From: Flavobacteriaceae bacterium
GTDB taxonomy: Bacteria; Bacteroidota; Bacteroidia; Flavobacteriales; Flavobacteriaceae
Reading direction: 5' to 3'
NCBI GenBank assembly: GCA_038106885.1
Contig: JAYNFX010000003.1
Location: forward strand, 15,786-79,785
Length of the DNA stretch: 64,000 nucleotides
Of the stretch, positions 40,368 through 49,298 are shown piece after piece. The notes under the pieces were generated by a model that did not search any database, was not told the DNA's origin, and saw only the letters and a list, made by a program, of their open reading frames with translations. A program made the position numbers and the translations under genes. The number at the start of each line of letters is the position of its first letter. Positions within the stretch are counted from its first letter, which is position 1.

Positions 40368-41429
40368 TTAAATTGTGGGTTTATATTTTTCCAAATATTT
40401 TAAAAATTCCCTTGCTAACATTATTAAAAACACTAAAGAAAGAATAAGCACCGGATAAAAAACTTTTATAGGTAATGCTAGTCCAAGAAAATCTTTAGTA
40501 TGATCTACAAAACCGCTGTCCTGTTTACTTGAAATTAAATCAATTATATTTTCTTTGTCTTTTAATTTTCTTTCAACAGTAACGATATCTTCCCTTAAAT
40601 CAATATCGTTCATAAATAAATCAAATTCACGAGTTTTTTCATTCTCAGTATTGCCCTCAAATGTAATACCTACATCACTAAGCCTGTTGGAATCCATTTG
40701 CATTACCTTTTTATAAGTCTCTTGTAGTGAGTCAGATTGTTTTAACGCTTTTACTAGTGCTTGCTTAGTTTGGGTTAACTCTAAAATGTCTTTTTTTTGT
40801 TCGTTAACAAAAAACTCATTTGTTAAGATATTACCTACTATGTTATTAAAAACACTATTAAAATTAGCTCTAGTTTTAGACTTTATGCTTATTTGTTGAA
40901 AAGGGTGTCTATATTCATTTATATTGTTTACATATTCATCATATTCAACCTTAGATAGTGCTAATGAGTCTAAATCTTCCACATAATCATTAAACATAAT
41001 TAACAAATCGTTATTGGTGATTACTGGTTCAATGTCGAAGCTAACAACCTCCTTAGAGGACTCTTCACTTAAGCCTAAAACATCTCCTAAAATTTTGTAA
41101 TCTCGGTCTTTTAAAAGACCGTTATAATAGTCGATAGATCCGTAAAGGTTTTCGCCTGTTTGATAGTTTTGACGAACTGTAATTGTTGACTTATAAATTG
41201 GATCTGAAGTCTCTTCCAATACAAATCCCGAAATAAGCCCCGTAACTGCTGCTATAGAAAACACTACAGTATGTTTTTTTACAAAAAAAACAACCCACAC
41301 AAAACCAAAAAAAAGATTCTTAAAAATGGATGCGATGAATTGAAAAAAACGGTTGAAGGTATTACCTATCATCACAAAAAGTTGTCCTAAGTCTACTTCT
41401 TCGTTTTGTTGTCTGCCTTTGTTGGTCAT
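40368..41429 (-). CDS. Wzz-like chain-length determinant / polysaccharide co-polymerase
   Basis: N-terminal EEVDL, two TM helices flanking a large coiled-coil periplasmic region; first gene of the cluster. Confidence 0.7.
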   Translation of the reverse strand: MTNKGRQQNEEVDLGQLFVMIGNTFNRFFQFIASIFKNLFFGFVWVVFFVKKHTVVFSIAAVTGLISGFVLEETSDPIYKSTITVRQNYQTGENLYGSIDYYNGLLKDRDYKILGDVLGLSEESSKEVVSFDIEPVITNNDLLIMFNDYVEDLDSLALSKVEYDEYVNNINEYRHPFQQISIKSKTRANFNSVFNNIVGNILTNEFFVNEQKKDILELTQTKQALVKALKQSDSLQETYKKVMQMDSNRLSDVGITFEGNTENEKTREFDLFMNDIDLREDIVTVERKLKDKENIIDLISSKQDSGFVDHTKDFLGLALPIKVFYPVLILSLVFLIMLAREFLKYLEKYKPTI

Positions 41430-41549
41430 AATATTAATTTTTGTTAGTTGGTTTTTAGCATTTAAGGTAAGTAACTAATATAATTTTAACGTGTAACAAA
41501 TGATTATATTGTTTATATTAAAATATAAAATCGTTCTGTTTAACCTTGA

Positions 41550-41557
41550 CAAATATA
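41550..41557 (-). promoter_or_regulatory. -7 element (TATATTTG), probable promoter of the polysaccharide cluster
   Basis: Exact consensus just after the GH3 stop, 120 nt upstream of the wzz-like ATG. Confidence 0.55.
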
Positions 41558-41559
41558 AG

Positions 41560-43062
41560 CTAATTGATAAGATCGTTAGAATATAAAAAATCTGCTATTT
41601 TTCTGTCATTTGATAAGCGTGGTATTTTATTTTGCCCCCCAAGCTTTCCTACGGATTTCATATAAATTTTGAACCCTTCTTGTTTAACGACAGTTATTTT
41701 TAGGGGTCTTAAAACCTTTCCAATTATTAGATCTGAATAATATGTGTTCTGTTTTACCAGTTCAGAGTTTAATTTCTCTGCAAATTTATTAAAATTGGAC
41801 GGGGGATTGTCAAACTCTATAAGCCATTCATGATAAGGCAGCCCTTTAATTGGGCTTATTTCAGGTGCTACAGTAAATTCTGAGACACTTATTTCAGAGT
41901 CCAAGATTGATAAAGATAGTGCTTGCTCAACTTCTTTGGCTATTACATGCTCTCCAAAAGCTGAAATAAAATGTTTAATTCTTCCGCTAACAATTACTCG
42001 ATAAGGTGATGTCGAAGTGAACTGAACGGTATCTCCAATGTTATAAGCCCAAAGACCCGCATTAGTAGAAATTATAATTACATAATTAACACCAATTTTT
42101 ACATCCTTGATAGTTATTCTTTGGGGGCTTTTATCAAAGAATTTATCTGCTTCAACAAACTCATAAAAAATTCCAGAATCAAGTTGAAGCAACATCCCCT
42201 TCTCTTTTTGAGAATCTTGAAATGCAAAAAATCCTTCACTTGCAGGATAAAGCTCAATACTATCAAATTTTCTACCAATTAGGTTTTCGAATTTAGTCCG
42301 ATATGGCTGATAGTTCACTCCGCCGTATATAAATAAATTAAAATTTTTAAAAATATCTCCAACCTTTTCCTTCTTAACATCAATAAGCTTCTCAAAATAC
42401 ATTTGAACCCAGGACGGAATACCTGCAATAACAGTCATGTTTTCAGTAACTGTTTCATTTACAATATGATCGACTTTTGTCTCCCAGTCCTCAATACAAT
42501 TTGTCTTCCAACTAGGCATCCTGTTCTTTAATAAATAAGATGGCACATAATGTGCAGATATTCCAGACAATCTGCCGGTCTTGATCCCATTTTTTTCACT
42601 AAGTATTGGGCTACCTTGCAGAAAAATCCACTTTCCGTCAACAAAATTAGAATTGCCTGTTTCATTTATGTACATTAAAGCGGCATTCCTTGAAGCTTCG
42701 ACTTGATATTTAATTGAAACATCCGTTATTGGAATGTATTTGGAGCCGGAGGTTGTTCCAGAGGTTTTTGCAAAATATAGAGGCTTCCCATTCCAAAGCA
42801 CATCTGATTCTCCGTCAATCACCTTTTCTATATAGGGTTTAAGTCCTTCATAATCACGAATTGGAACTCTAGATATATAATCTGAATGATTATTAATAGA
42901 TTTAAAGCTATGATCTGTTCCAAACTTAGTGTCTATTGCCGATTTAATTAATTTTTTAAAAACACGATCTTGAGTATCAATTGGATTTGAAGCCCAATTA
43001 TTAACCCTTCTTGCTATAATCGCAGCAAAAATCTTCGCAAAAAGTGATCTTATAGAGCTCAT
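41560..43062 (-). CDS. GH3 auxin-responsive-family acyl acid-amido synthetase-like protein
   Basis: KTSGTTSGSKYIP, YPASEGFFA, YNIGD and GGQNKIPRL motifs. Confidence 0.9.
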   Translation of the reverse strand: MSSIRSLFAKIFAAIIARRVNNWASNPIDTQDRVFKKLIKSAIDTKFGTDHSFKSINNHSDYISRVPIRDYEGLKPYIEKVIDGESDVLWNGKPLYFAKTSGTTSGSKYIPITDVSIKYQVEASRNAALMYINETGNSNFVDGKWIFLQGSPILSEKNGIKTGRLSGISAHYVPSYLLKNRMPSWKTNCIEDWETKVDHIVNETVTENMTVIAGIPSWVQMYFEKLIDVKKEKVGDIFKNFNLFIYGGVNYQPYRTKFENLIGRKFDSIELYPASEGFFAFQDSQKEKGMLLQLDSGIFYEFVEADKFFDKSPQRITIKDVKIGVNYVIIISTNAGLWAYNIGDTVQFTSTSPYRVIVSGRIKHFISAFGEHVIAKEVEQALSLSILDSEISVSEFTVAPEISPIKGLPYHEWLIEFDNPPSNFNKFAEKLNSELVKQNTYYSDLIIGKVLRPLKITVVKQEGFKIYMKSVGKLGGQNKIPRLSNDRKIADFLYSNDLIN

Positions 43063-43071
43063 TTTCTAATG

Positions 43072-43938
43072 CTAAAAATTAATAAAATTTGTTGGGTCAA
43101 TTGGATTGCCATCACTCCAAAGCTCAAAATGTAAATGAGGGCCAGTACTTAATTCACCTGAAGAGCCCGAGCGAGCGATTACTTCTTGTGACTTCACAAA
43201 ATCTCCTTGTTCTTTAGTTAAAACTTCATTGTGTTTATAAACAGACAGCATTTGGTTCCCATGGTCAATTATAACTACAAATCCCGAATCTGAAGTCCAT
43301 GATGCTAAAACCACCCTTCCATCCGCAACTGCCTTTACAGGTGTACCCTCAGAAACTGCTATATCTACCGCATAGTGCTGTATATTAACATCATACCCTG
43401 AGCTAATTATCCCTTTTAACGGAGGCAGAAAAACAAAATTTTTAACAGAGGTTGCTGACTCGAATAAGTTATACTTATCTTCATTATCTACTTTAATTCT
43501 TAAAATCGAATCTGCTTTTGAAGGATATAATTTTAATGAATCTTCATCAGCTCTTACTGAAGCATAGATAGAGTCTTTGTCAATTGATTCAAATGCAGCT
43601 TCACCACTTAACACCATCTTTATAGAATTAATATAACGATCATTCATTTTTGCAATTTGATATAATGAATCCGTCTTATTTTCAAGGTAAATGGCTTGAG
43701 CTTGAAGTTTTGGAGAAGTATAACCGGGTATATATTCTCTTAATGGAGTAAAGGCAATAAAAATTGTTGTTAATACAATCAATATTATTATAGAAAAAGA
43801 AGTAAATATAAACACGTTTAGCCTTGTAAGCCTGACGGCAAGTTTCTCTTCAAAGGTGTCTTCATTAAGAACTACCAGCCTATACTTGTGAAGTAATTTT
43901 TTACGTAGCTGCTTCTTATTTTTCTTTTTCCCTGTCAT
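43072..43938 (-). CDS. M23-family metallopeptidase (intact active site)
   Basis: HYAVD (HxxxD) and GPHLHFELW; N-terminal TM helix. Start is the ATG at 43938 or 43941. Confidence 0.9.
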   Translation of the reverse strand: MTGKKKNKKQLRKKLLHKYRLVVLNEDTFEEKLAVRLTRLNVFIFTSFSIIILIVLTTIFIAFTPLREYIPGYTSPKLQAQAIYLENKTDSLYQIAKMNDRYINSIKMVLSGEAAFESIDKDSIYASVRADEDSLKLYPSKADSILRIKVDNEDKYNLFESATSVKNFVFLPPLKGIISSGYDVNIQHYAVDIAVSEGTPVKAVADGRVVLASWTSDSGFVVIIDHGNQMLSVYKHNEVLTKEQGDFVKSQEVIARSGSSGELSTGPHLHFELWSDGNPIDPTNFINF

Positions 43939-43944
43939 CATAAA

Positions 43945-43952
43945 CAAAATTA
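43945..43952 (-). promoter_or_regulatory. -7 element (TAATTTTG), 6 nt before the ATG at 43938
   Basis: Exact TAnnTTTG match. Confidence 0.5.
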
Positions 43953-44023
43953 AATAAAATTTGTGCTACAGATATTAATTCAACACTAAAAATTAAATTA
44001 GTATATTTTTAATAGATAATTAT

Positions 44024-44031
44024 TAACTTTG
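44024..44031 (+). promoter_or_regulatory. -7 element (TAACTTTG) for tatA
   Basis: Exact consensus 17 nt before the ATG. Confidence 0.65.
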
Positions 44032-44048
44032 CAGTATAAAATTATCTA

Positions 44049-44231
44049 ATGATGTCTCTATTAAATTTACCACTAGCGCTTGGCCCATGGCAAATCATCT
44101 TAATTGCTATTGTAATACTACTCCTCTTTGGTGGAAAAAAAATTCCTGAACTTATGAAAGGCCTTGGGGGTGGTATAAAAGAGTTTAAAAAAGCTAGTAA
44201 AGAAGAAGAGGAAGATTCTAAGGACAATTAA
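44049..44231 (+). CDS. tatA: Twin-arginine translocase subunit TatA/E
   Basis: [26 protein letters not shown] signature. Confidence 0.95.
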   Translation: MMSLLNLPLALGPWQIILIAIVILLLFGGKKIPELMKGLGGGIKEFKKASKEEEEDSKDN

Positions 44232-44256
44232 ATTCTCCTTTTTTAACCTTATCTCA

Positions 44257-45228
44257 CTAATCTAAAGTGATTGAGCGTATAATAGTTTCTAGCTCAAAAA
44301 TATAATCACGTTTAGTTCTAGCTGGAGCATAAACAAATCCTTCAGCAATTAACAGACGGTTGTTGTTAGTGTCAATAAAACAATAGTTGACAAATGGCCC
44401 TGACATAAAAGCGCCATCAACTTTCCATAAACTTTTTGTTTGAAAAACTGAAGCCCCTGACAATTCTGTCATAAATGATAGCGGTTTATATGATTGCTCT
44501 GTAGTCATATAGTCTCCCTCCTTCGGCCCTGGAATTTCCATCTTAGAGATGGAATCTCTGGATTTAATTATGAACTCTTGAAAAGAGGAGTTGTCATTAA
44601 AATTTTTGATTGGAAGACTGTAAAGAAGTAAATTTAAACTGCCATTTTCAGTATCTCTTCTGATCCAAGAAAAATGCTCTTTTTGCTTGGCAATTCTATA
44701 AGCAGATGAGAATTTTATATCAATCCCCAATAAACTTTTGATACTTTCACTATTATAAAGCGACTTGCTAATTCGTCTTTGCTTTTCTTTGAACTCAACT
44801 GATCTAAAAGTTGATATTATCTCTTCAGACTTATTTCTTATTAGTTCAATAATTTTGCTTTGGTTAGGAGCGCTTATTACAGCCACAATTTGAGGAGACG
44901 CATAAGGGTCTTTATAGTATTTAACTTCACTAATTTCAGATGTTTGAATTTTTAAAACAATTCTATTTCTCCTAACAAAATCTGAAAATACAGCAGTTGG
45001 AACATGTCTTAATTCAAAATAAGGCTCAGCTTGTGGAAGCCCATAGATTTCAGAGCCTATATTGCGCCTTAAAGCATCTCCTACTGGTCCATCCCAAAGA
45101 TCGTCACCAGAAACAACAAGGAGGTTATTAATATTCCCCGACGAACTAGGCTTATAAGTTGAATTAGGCTTGGATTCACTACAGCTGAAAATTAAAAAGA
45201 AAAAAAGGAGTATTTTTAATGTTTTCAT
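44257..45228 (-). CDS. DUF4837-family lipoprotein
   Basis: Lipobox LIFSC; GLPQ.EP.F, FMSGPFVNY and EGFVYAP...KR.Y..ELE patterns. Confidence 0.8.
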   Translation of the reverse strand: MKTLKILLFFFLIFSCSESKPNSTYKPSSSGNINNLLVVSGDDLWDGPVGDALRRNIGSEIYGLPQAEPYFELRHVPTAVFSDFVRRNRIVLKIQTSEISEVKYYKDPYASPQIVAVISAPNQSKIIELIRNKSEEIISTFRSVEFKEKQRRISKSLYNSESIKSLLGIDIKFSSAYRIAKQKEHFSWIRRDTENGSLNLLLYSLPIKNFNDNSSFQEFIIKSRDSISKMEIPGPKEGDYMTTEQSYKPLSFMTELSGASVFQTKSLWKVDGAFMSGPFVNYCFIDTNNNRLLIAEGFVYAPARTKRDYIFELETIIRSITLD

Positions 45229-45240
45229 ATTAAATTAATA

Positions 45241-46680
45241 TTACTTGGTCAGGCTTAGCTTCATTCCAGGTTTTAAATCTTTACTGCTAATATCATTCCA
45301 CTTTTTAAGATCCTCGACAGAAATATTAGGAAGCTTTTGAGCAATAGTCCAAAATGAGTCTCCTTTTTTTACTGTATAATAATTGTTATTTGGTGTTATA
45401 TCTGTCTCAACACCATTGTTTATGTCGAGTTTAACATCTGTACTTTTTGTGTAAATAATTAATCTATCTCCCACATTTATAAGATCATTTTTTAAACTAT
45501 TCCATTTTCTTATATCCTTGATTTTCACCTTAAATTTTTTGGCAATTTTTCCTAGATAATCACCTGATTTTACACTGTATCTAATTCTAGAATTCATTTT
45601 ATAAAATTTAGGCAATGGCTTTTCTCTTTTGTCAAACTCATTTTTAGAAAAAGCATAAATTTCGTCTTCATTTGCTAAAAACTTTCCTAAGGTAGGCTTG
45701 GGTAAACGAAGTGTTTTGCGTTTACCTTTTATATATGGAACAATATTTAATTTATAAGACGGATTTAAAAACTCTAAAATTTCTTTTTCTATGTTTAAAG
45801 CATCTACTAGATGGTTAAAATGAAGCATCTCTTTTACTAAAACAGTATCCGTTTCTATAATAGAAAAGGGGGCTGGTTTGTTATGGAAACCGTGCTGATC
45901 CGCAAATTCAAAAATATATAATGTAGCAAAAAAAGCGGGAATGTAATTCGCTGTTTCTTTTGGTAAAAACGGTCTTATATTCCAATAATTTCTATAACCG
46001 CCTGATCTTCTCATTGCTTTAGTTACATTTCCAGGGCCAGAATTGTACGCAGCTAAAGCAAGGCTCCAATCGCCAAAAATATCGTAGAGCTTATTGAGAT
46101 ATTTAGCAGCTGCTTTAGTTGATTTTACAGGATCAAATCTTTCATCAATATAACTGTTAACCTCAAGACCATACATTTTTGATGTGGAAAACATAAATTG
46201 CCACAAACCAGAAGCTCCAACAGGCGATTTAGCCTTAGGATTCAAAGCAGATTCTACAATTGATAAATATTTGATTTCTAAAGGAGCGTTATGCGCGTCA
46301 AGTACTTCTTCAAACAGCGGAAAATAATACTGGCTCCTTTGCGCTAATCGCTCAAACGACTCCTTTCGTGTTGCAAGATAATTATTAATAATGTTCTCCA
46401 AAACTGGATTATATTCTATATTAAAAGGGGTTTTTGAATTTAAAAGTTCCAGCCTTTTAATTAGCGTGTCCTTGTGGACTTTAGATAGATAGTTTTTTTC
46501 AATACTATCATTTGTCTTAATATAACTAGCCTGAAAAATTCTCTTATCAATCAATGAATCTAAAAGATCAACTTGTTTAAACCCCTTTAAAATTATTGCT
46601 GTAGTATCTACTATTTTTTTGGGCTCCTGTCCATATAAATTAAAAAACGTTAATAAGAAAAATAGCGCTAATTTTCGCAT
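45241..46680 (-). CDS. MltD-like lytic transglycosylase with two LysM domains
   Basis: IVES, GLWQFM, AYNSG and LPKETANY motifs; two LysM repeats (Y.VK.GD). Confidence 0.92.
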   Translation of the reverse strand: MRKLALFFLLTFFNLYGQEPKKIVDTTAIILKGFKQVDLLDSLIDKRIFQASYIKTNDSIEKNYLSKVHKDTLIKRLELLNSKTPFNIEYNPVLENIINNYLATRKESFERLAQRSQYYFPLFEEVLDAHNAPLEIKYLSIVESALNPKAKSPVGASGLWQFMFSTSKMYGLEVNSYIDERFDPVKSTKAAAKYLNKLYDIFGDWSLALAAYNSGPGNVTKAMRRSGGYRNYWNIRPFLPKETANYIPAFFATLYIFEFADQHGFHNKPAPFSIIETDTVLVKEMLHFNHLVDALNIEKEILEFLNPSYKLNIVPYIKGKRKTLRLPKPTLGKFLANEDEIYAFSKNEFDKREKPLPKFYKMNSRIRYSVKSGDYLGKIAKKFKVKIKDIRKWNSLKNDLINVGDRLIIYTKSTDVKLDINNGVETDITPNNNYYTVKKGDSFWTIAQKLPNISVEDLKKWNDISSKDLKPGMKLSLTK

Positions 46681-46689
46681 GAAAATATA

Positions 46690-47877
46690 TTAATTTGAAA
46701 TTGCTGCAATTCCTGGTAATACTTTCCCCTCAAGACTTTCTAACATAGCACCCCCGCCTGTGCTGACGTAACTTACCGATTTATCAAAATTAAATTTCTT
46801 CACGGCCGCTACTGAATCCCCTCCACCAACTAAAGAAAATGCACCTTTTTGAGTCGCCTCTGCAATAGATTTCCCCAATGCAACAGTCCCTGTCGAAAAT
46901 GTGTCCATCTCAAAAACTCCTAAAGGACCATTCCATAAAATTGTCTTACAACTTTGAACTACGTCGTGAAAAATGGCTTTACTCTTTGGACCACAATCCA
47001 AACCCTGCCATCCACGTGGAATATTATCGATTTCGATAATTTTTGTTTGAGCCGAGTTATTAAAATCATTTGCCGCCAATACATCTACAGGAAGATGAAC
47101 TTTTACATTTTTCTCAGCCGCTATCTTTAAAATTTCAAGCGCTAATTCCTGCTTATCCGTTTCACAAATAGAATCACCCACTAAACCTCCTTTTGCGCTC
47201 ACAAAAGTAAAAGACATTCCGCCTCCTATGATTAAATGATCTATTTTATCTAAAATATTTTCTATTATGGTAATTTTCGATGATACTTTTGCTCCTCCCA
47301 GGATGGCTAAAACTGGTTTCTCTCCTTTGCTCATAACCTTTTCTAAACTCTCAATTTCTTTAGCTAAAAGATATCCGAAACACTTATCGTTTGGAAAGAA
47401 TTCGGCAATAACCGTTGTAGAGGCATGAGCCCTATGGGCAGTTCCAAAAGCATCATTAATATAGAAATCACCTAACGACCCCAATGCTTTTGCAAAGTCA
47501 TAATCGCCTTGTGTTTCTTCTTTGTAAAACCTTAGATTTTCTAATAACATAACTTGACCAGGCAATAGGTTCTCTGCGGTTTTATTTGTCTTATCTCCAA
47601 TACAGTCCTCTGAGAAAATAATGTTAACTCCTATTATTTCTTCCACTTTAGATACGATATGTTTTAACGAAAATTTATTTTCGTTTTCGACCGGCCTTCC
47701 AAGGTGAGACATCAAAATACAACTACCACCATCCTTTAAGACCTTCATAATTGTAGGTTTTGCAGCTCGTATTCTAGTGTCGTCGGTTACATTGTAAGAT
47801 GAGTCAAGAGGCACATTAAAGTCTACACGAATTACCGCTTTTCGTCCTTTAAAATTGGTTTGTTCAATAAAAGTCAT
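46690..47877 (-). CDS. pgk: Phosphoglycerate kinase
   Basis: RVDFNVP, SHLGRP, DAFGTAHRAHAS, GGAKVSSK and STGGGA motifs. Confidence 0.99.
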   Translation of the reverse strand: MTFIEQTNFKGRKAVIRVDFNVPLDSSYNVTDDTRIRAAKPTIMKVLKDGGSCILMSHLGRPVENENKFSLKHIVSKVEEIIGVNIIFSEDCIGDKTNKTAENLLPGQVMLLENLRFYKEETQGDYDFAKALGSLGDFYINDAFGTAHRAHASTTVIAEFFPNDKCFGYLLAKEIESLEKVMSKGEKPVLAILGGAKVSSKITIIENILDKIDHLIIGGGMSFTFVSAKGGLVGDSICETDKQELALEILKIAAEKNVKVHLPVDVLAANDFNNSAQTKIIEIDNIPRGWQGLDCGPKSKAIFHDVVQSCKTILWNGPLGVFEMDTFSTGTVALGKSIAEATQKGAFSLVGGGDSVAAVKKFNFDKSVSYVSTGGGAMLESLEGKVLPGIAAISN

Positions 47878-47912
47878 TGGAAGGTTTAGATTAAAATTAA
47901 TTTTACGAAAGC

Positions 47913-47920
47913 CAAAGGTA
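47913..47920 (-). promoter_or_regulatory. -7 element (TACCTTTG) for pgk
   Basis: Exact consensus 35 nt upstream of the ATG. Confidence 0.65.
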
Positions 47921-47996
47921 AGTATTTATTTAAGTAGAAAAAATTCATTTTTTACATGTCCGAAGGAAATTTATATCACTAATGATAAGTATCAAA

Positions 47997-48026
47997 TTGC
48001 CTGTAAAGACTAAACCCCTATATTTG
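47997..48026 (+). promoter_or_regulatory. holB promoter: -33 TTG (47997-47999) and -7 TATATTTG (48019-48026)
   Basis: Consensus elements with a 19-nt spacer. Confidence 0.65.
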
Positions 48027-48045
48027 TAAAAAAGGGCAATTAAAT

Positions 48046-49149
48046 ATGATTGGGCATAATGATTTAATGCAGCAGTTTAGGGATAATATTGTTAATGGCC
48101 GTATGCCACATGCCCAAATTTTTGAAGGTAAAAACGGCTACGGGACACTGCCCTTTGCTATGTCGTATGCAAAGGCTGTCGTTGAAAATAGTTATCAAAA
48201 CCAGCTAACAGTTGACCCTTTAAACCATCCTGATATTCATTATTTTTTCCCTGTTATTAATAGAGGAAGTTCAAGCTCACCTAGCACCTCAAAAGACTAT
48301 CAATTAGAATGGAAAAACTTCCTTGAAAAATCACATTACAGCTATATTGAGGAATGGTATAACTTCATTGATGCAGGAAACAAGCAAGGTATAATTACTG
48401 CGGATGAAGCACAGAATATTATAAAAACCCTCTCTTTAAAATCATATTCTGGAGGGCATAAAGTACTAATCATTTGGCATGCGGAAAAAATGAACATAGC
48501 ATGCTCAAATAAATTATTAAAATGGATTGAAGAACCAAATCAAAACACTTGTATATTACTGATTACTGAAAAAAGTGATGATTTAATCAAAACAATTCGA
48601 TCGCGCTGTCAAATAACAAGGATCGGAAAAATAAATCCAGAAGATATGACTCAAGAGCTGGTAAAAAGAGGGTTTGATGAAATTAATGCGAAATTAGCGG
48701 CCAATAAATCTAAAGGCGACTTCAACAAAGCAATTCAGATATTAGATGAAAGAGAATACAATGAGGAATTCGAAAAACTTTTTATTGAATGGGTCAGAAC
48801 CTCATTTAGCGCAAAGACAAATAAAAAGTCTATAAACAAATTAATGGAATGGAGTGAGAAAATATCTAAACTAGGAAGAGAAATAGAGAAACAATTTCTA
48901 GAGTATAGTTTAGAATTTTTTAGACAAGCAATGGTTCTAAATTATAATGCTGGAGAACTAGTAACATTAAAAATAAAGGACAGTTCTTTCTCGTTAAAAA
49001 AGTTCTCTTTGTTTATTAGCGGCAAAAATATTGAAGGAATTTTTGATGAAATTGAAAAAGCCATTTACCATATTGAACGAAATGGTAATCCCAAAATTAT
49101 TTTCACAGACCTCTCAATAAAGCTTACTAGGCTTCTACATAATAAATAA
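48046..49149 (+). CDS. holB: DNA polymerase III subunit delta-prime
   Basis: HAQIF.G..G.G, HPDIH, N.LLK.IEEP and TIRSRCQ motifs. Confidence 0.92.
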   Translation: MIGHNDLMQQFRDNIVNGRMPHAQIFEGKNGYGTLPFAMSYAKAVVENSYQNQLTVDPLNHPDIHYFFPVINRGSSSSPSTSKDYQLEWKNFLEKSHYSYIEEWYNFIDAGNKQGIITADEAQNIIKTLSLKSYSGGHKVLIIWHAEKMNIACSNKLLKWIEEPNQNTCILLITEKSDDLIKTIRSRCQITRIGKINPEDMTQELVKRGFDEINAKLAANKSKGDFNKAIQILDEREYNEEFEKLFIEWVRTSFSAKTNKKSINKLMEWSEKISKLGREIEKQFLEYSLEFFRQAMVLNYNAGELVTLKIKDSSFSLKKFSLFISGKNIEGIFDEIEKAIYHIERNGNPKIIFTDLSIKLTRLLHNK

Positions 49150-49268
49150 AATAGTTCAAATCTATTAAAAAAAATAATTTAATAATTTTTAACTATTCGA
49201 ATTAGGGTTTTTTAAGCTCGTTTTAGGACGTTTAAATTTTATAAAAAGCAAGTTTAATAAACAAAGTT

Positions 49269-49298
49269 TAAAAAGGCTTAAAAAGGCTTAAAAAGGCT
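49269..49298. repeat. Tandem repeat (TAAAAAGGCT) x3
   Basis: Three exact 10-bp copies; the last overlaps the methyltransferase stop codon. Confidence 0.9.

Noticed and set aside
41512-41529. TTTATATT-aa-AATATAAA inverted repeat in the wzz-like leader
   Set aside because: It contains only A and T and is short, so it is expected by chance at this base composition.
44042-44227. 61-aa minus-strand ORF
   Set aside because: It is the antisense of tatA, which carries the clear family signature.
49269-49298. Tandem repeats as a CRISPR array or mobile-element end
   Set aside because: The units are 10 bp with no spacers, and no cas, transposase or integrase gene is nearby.
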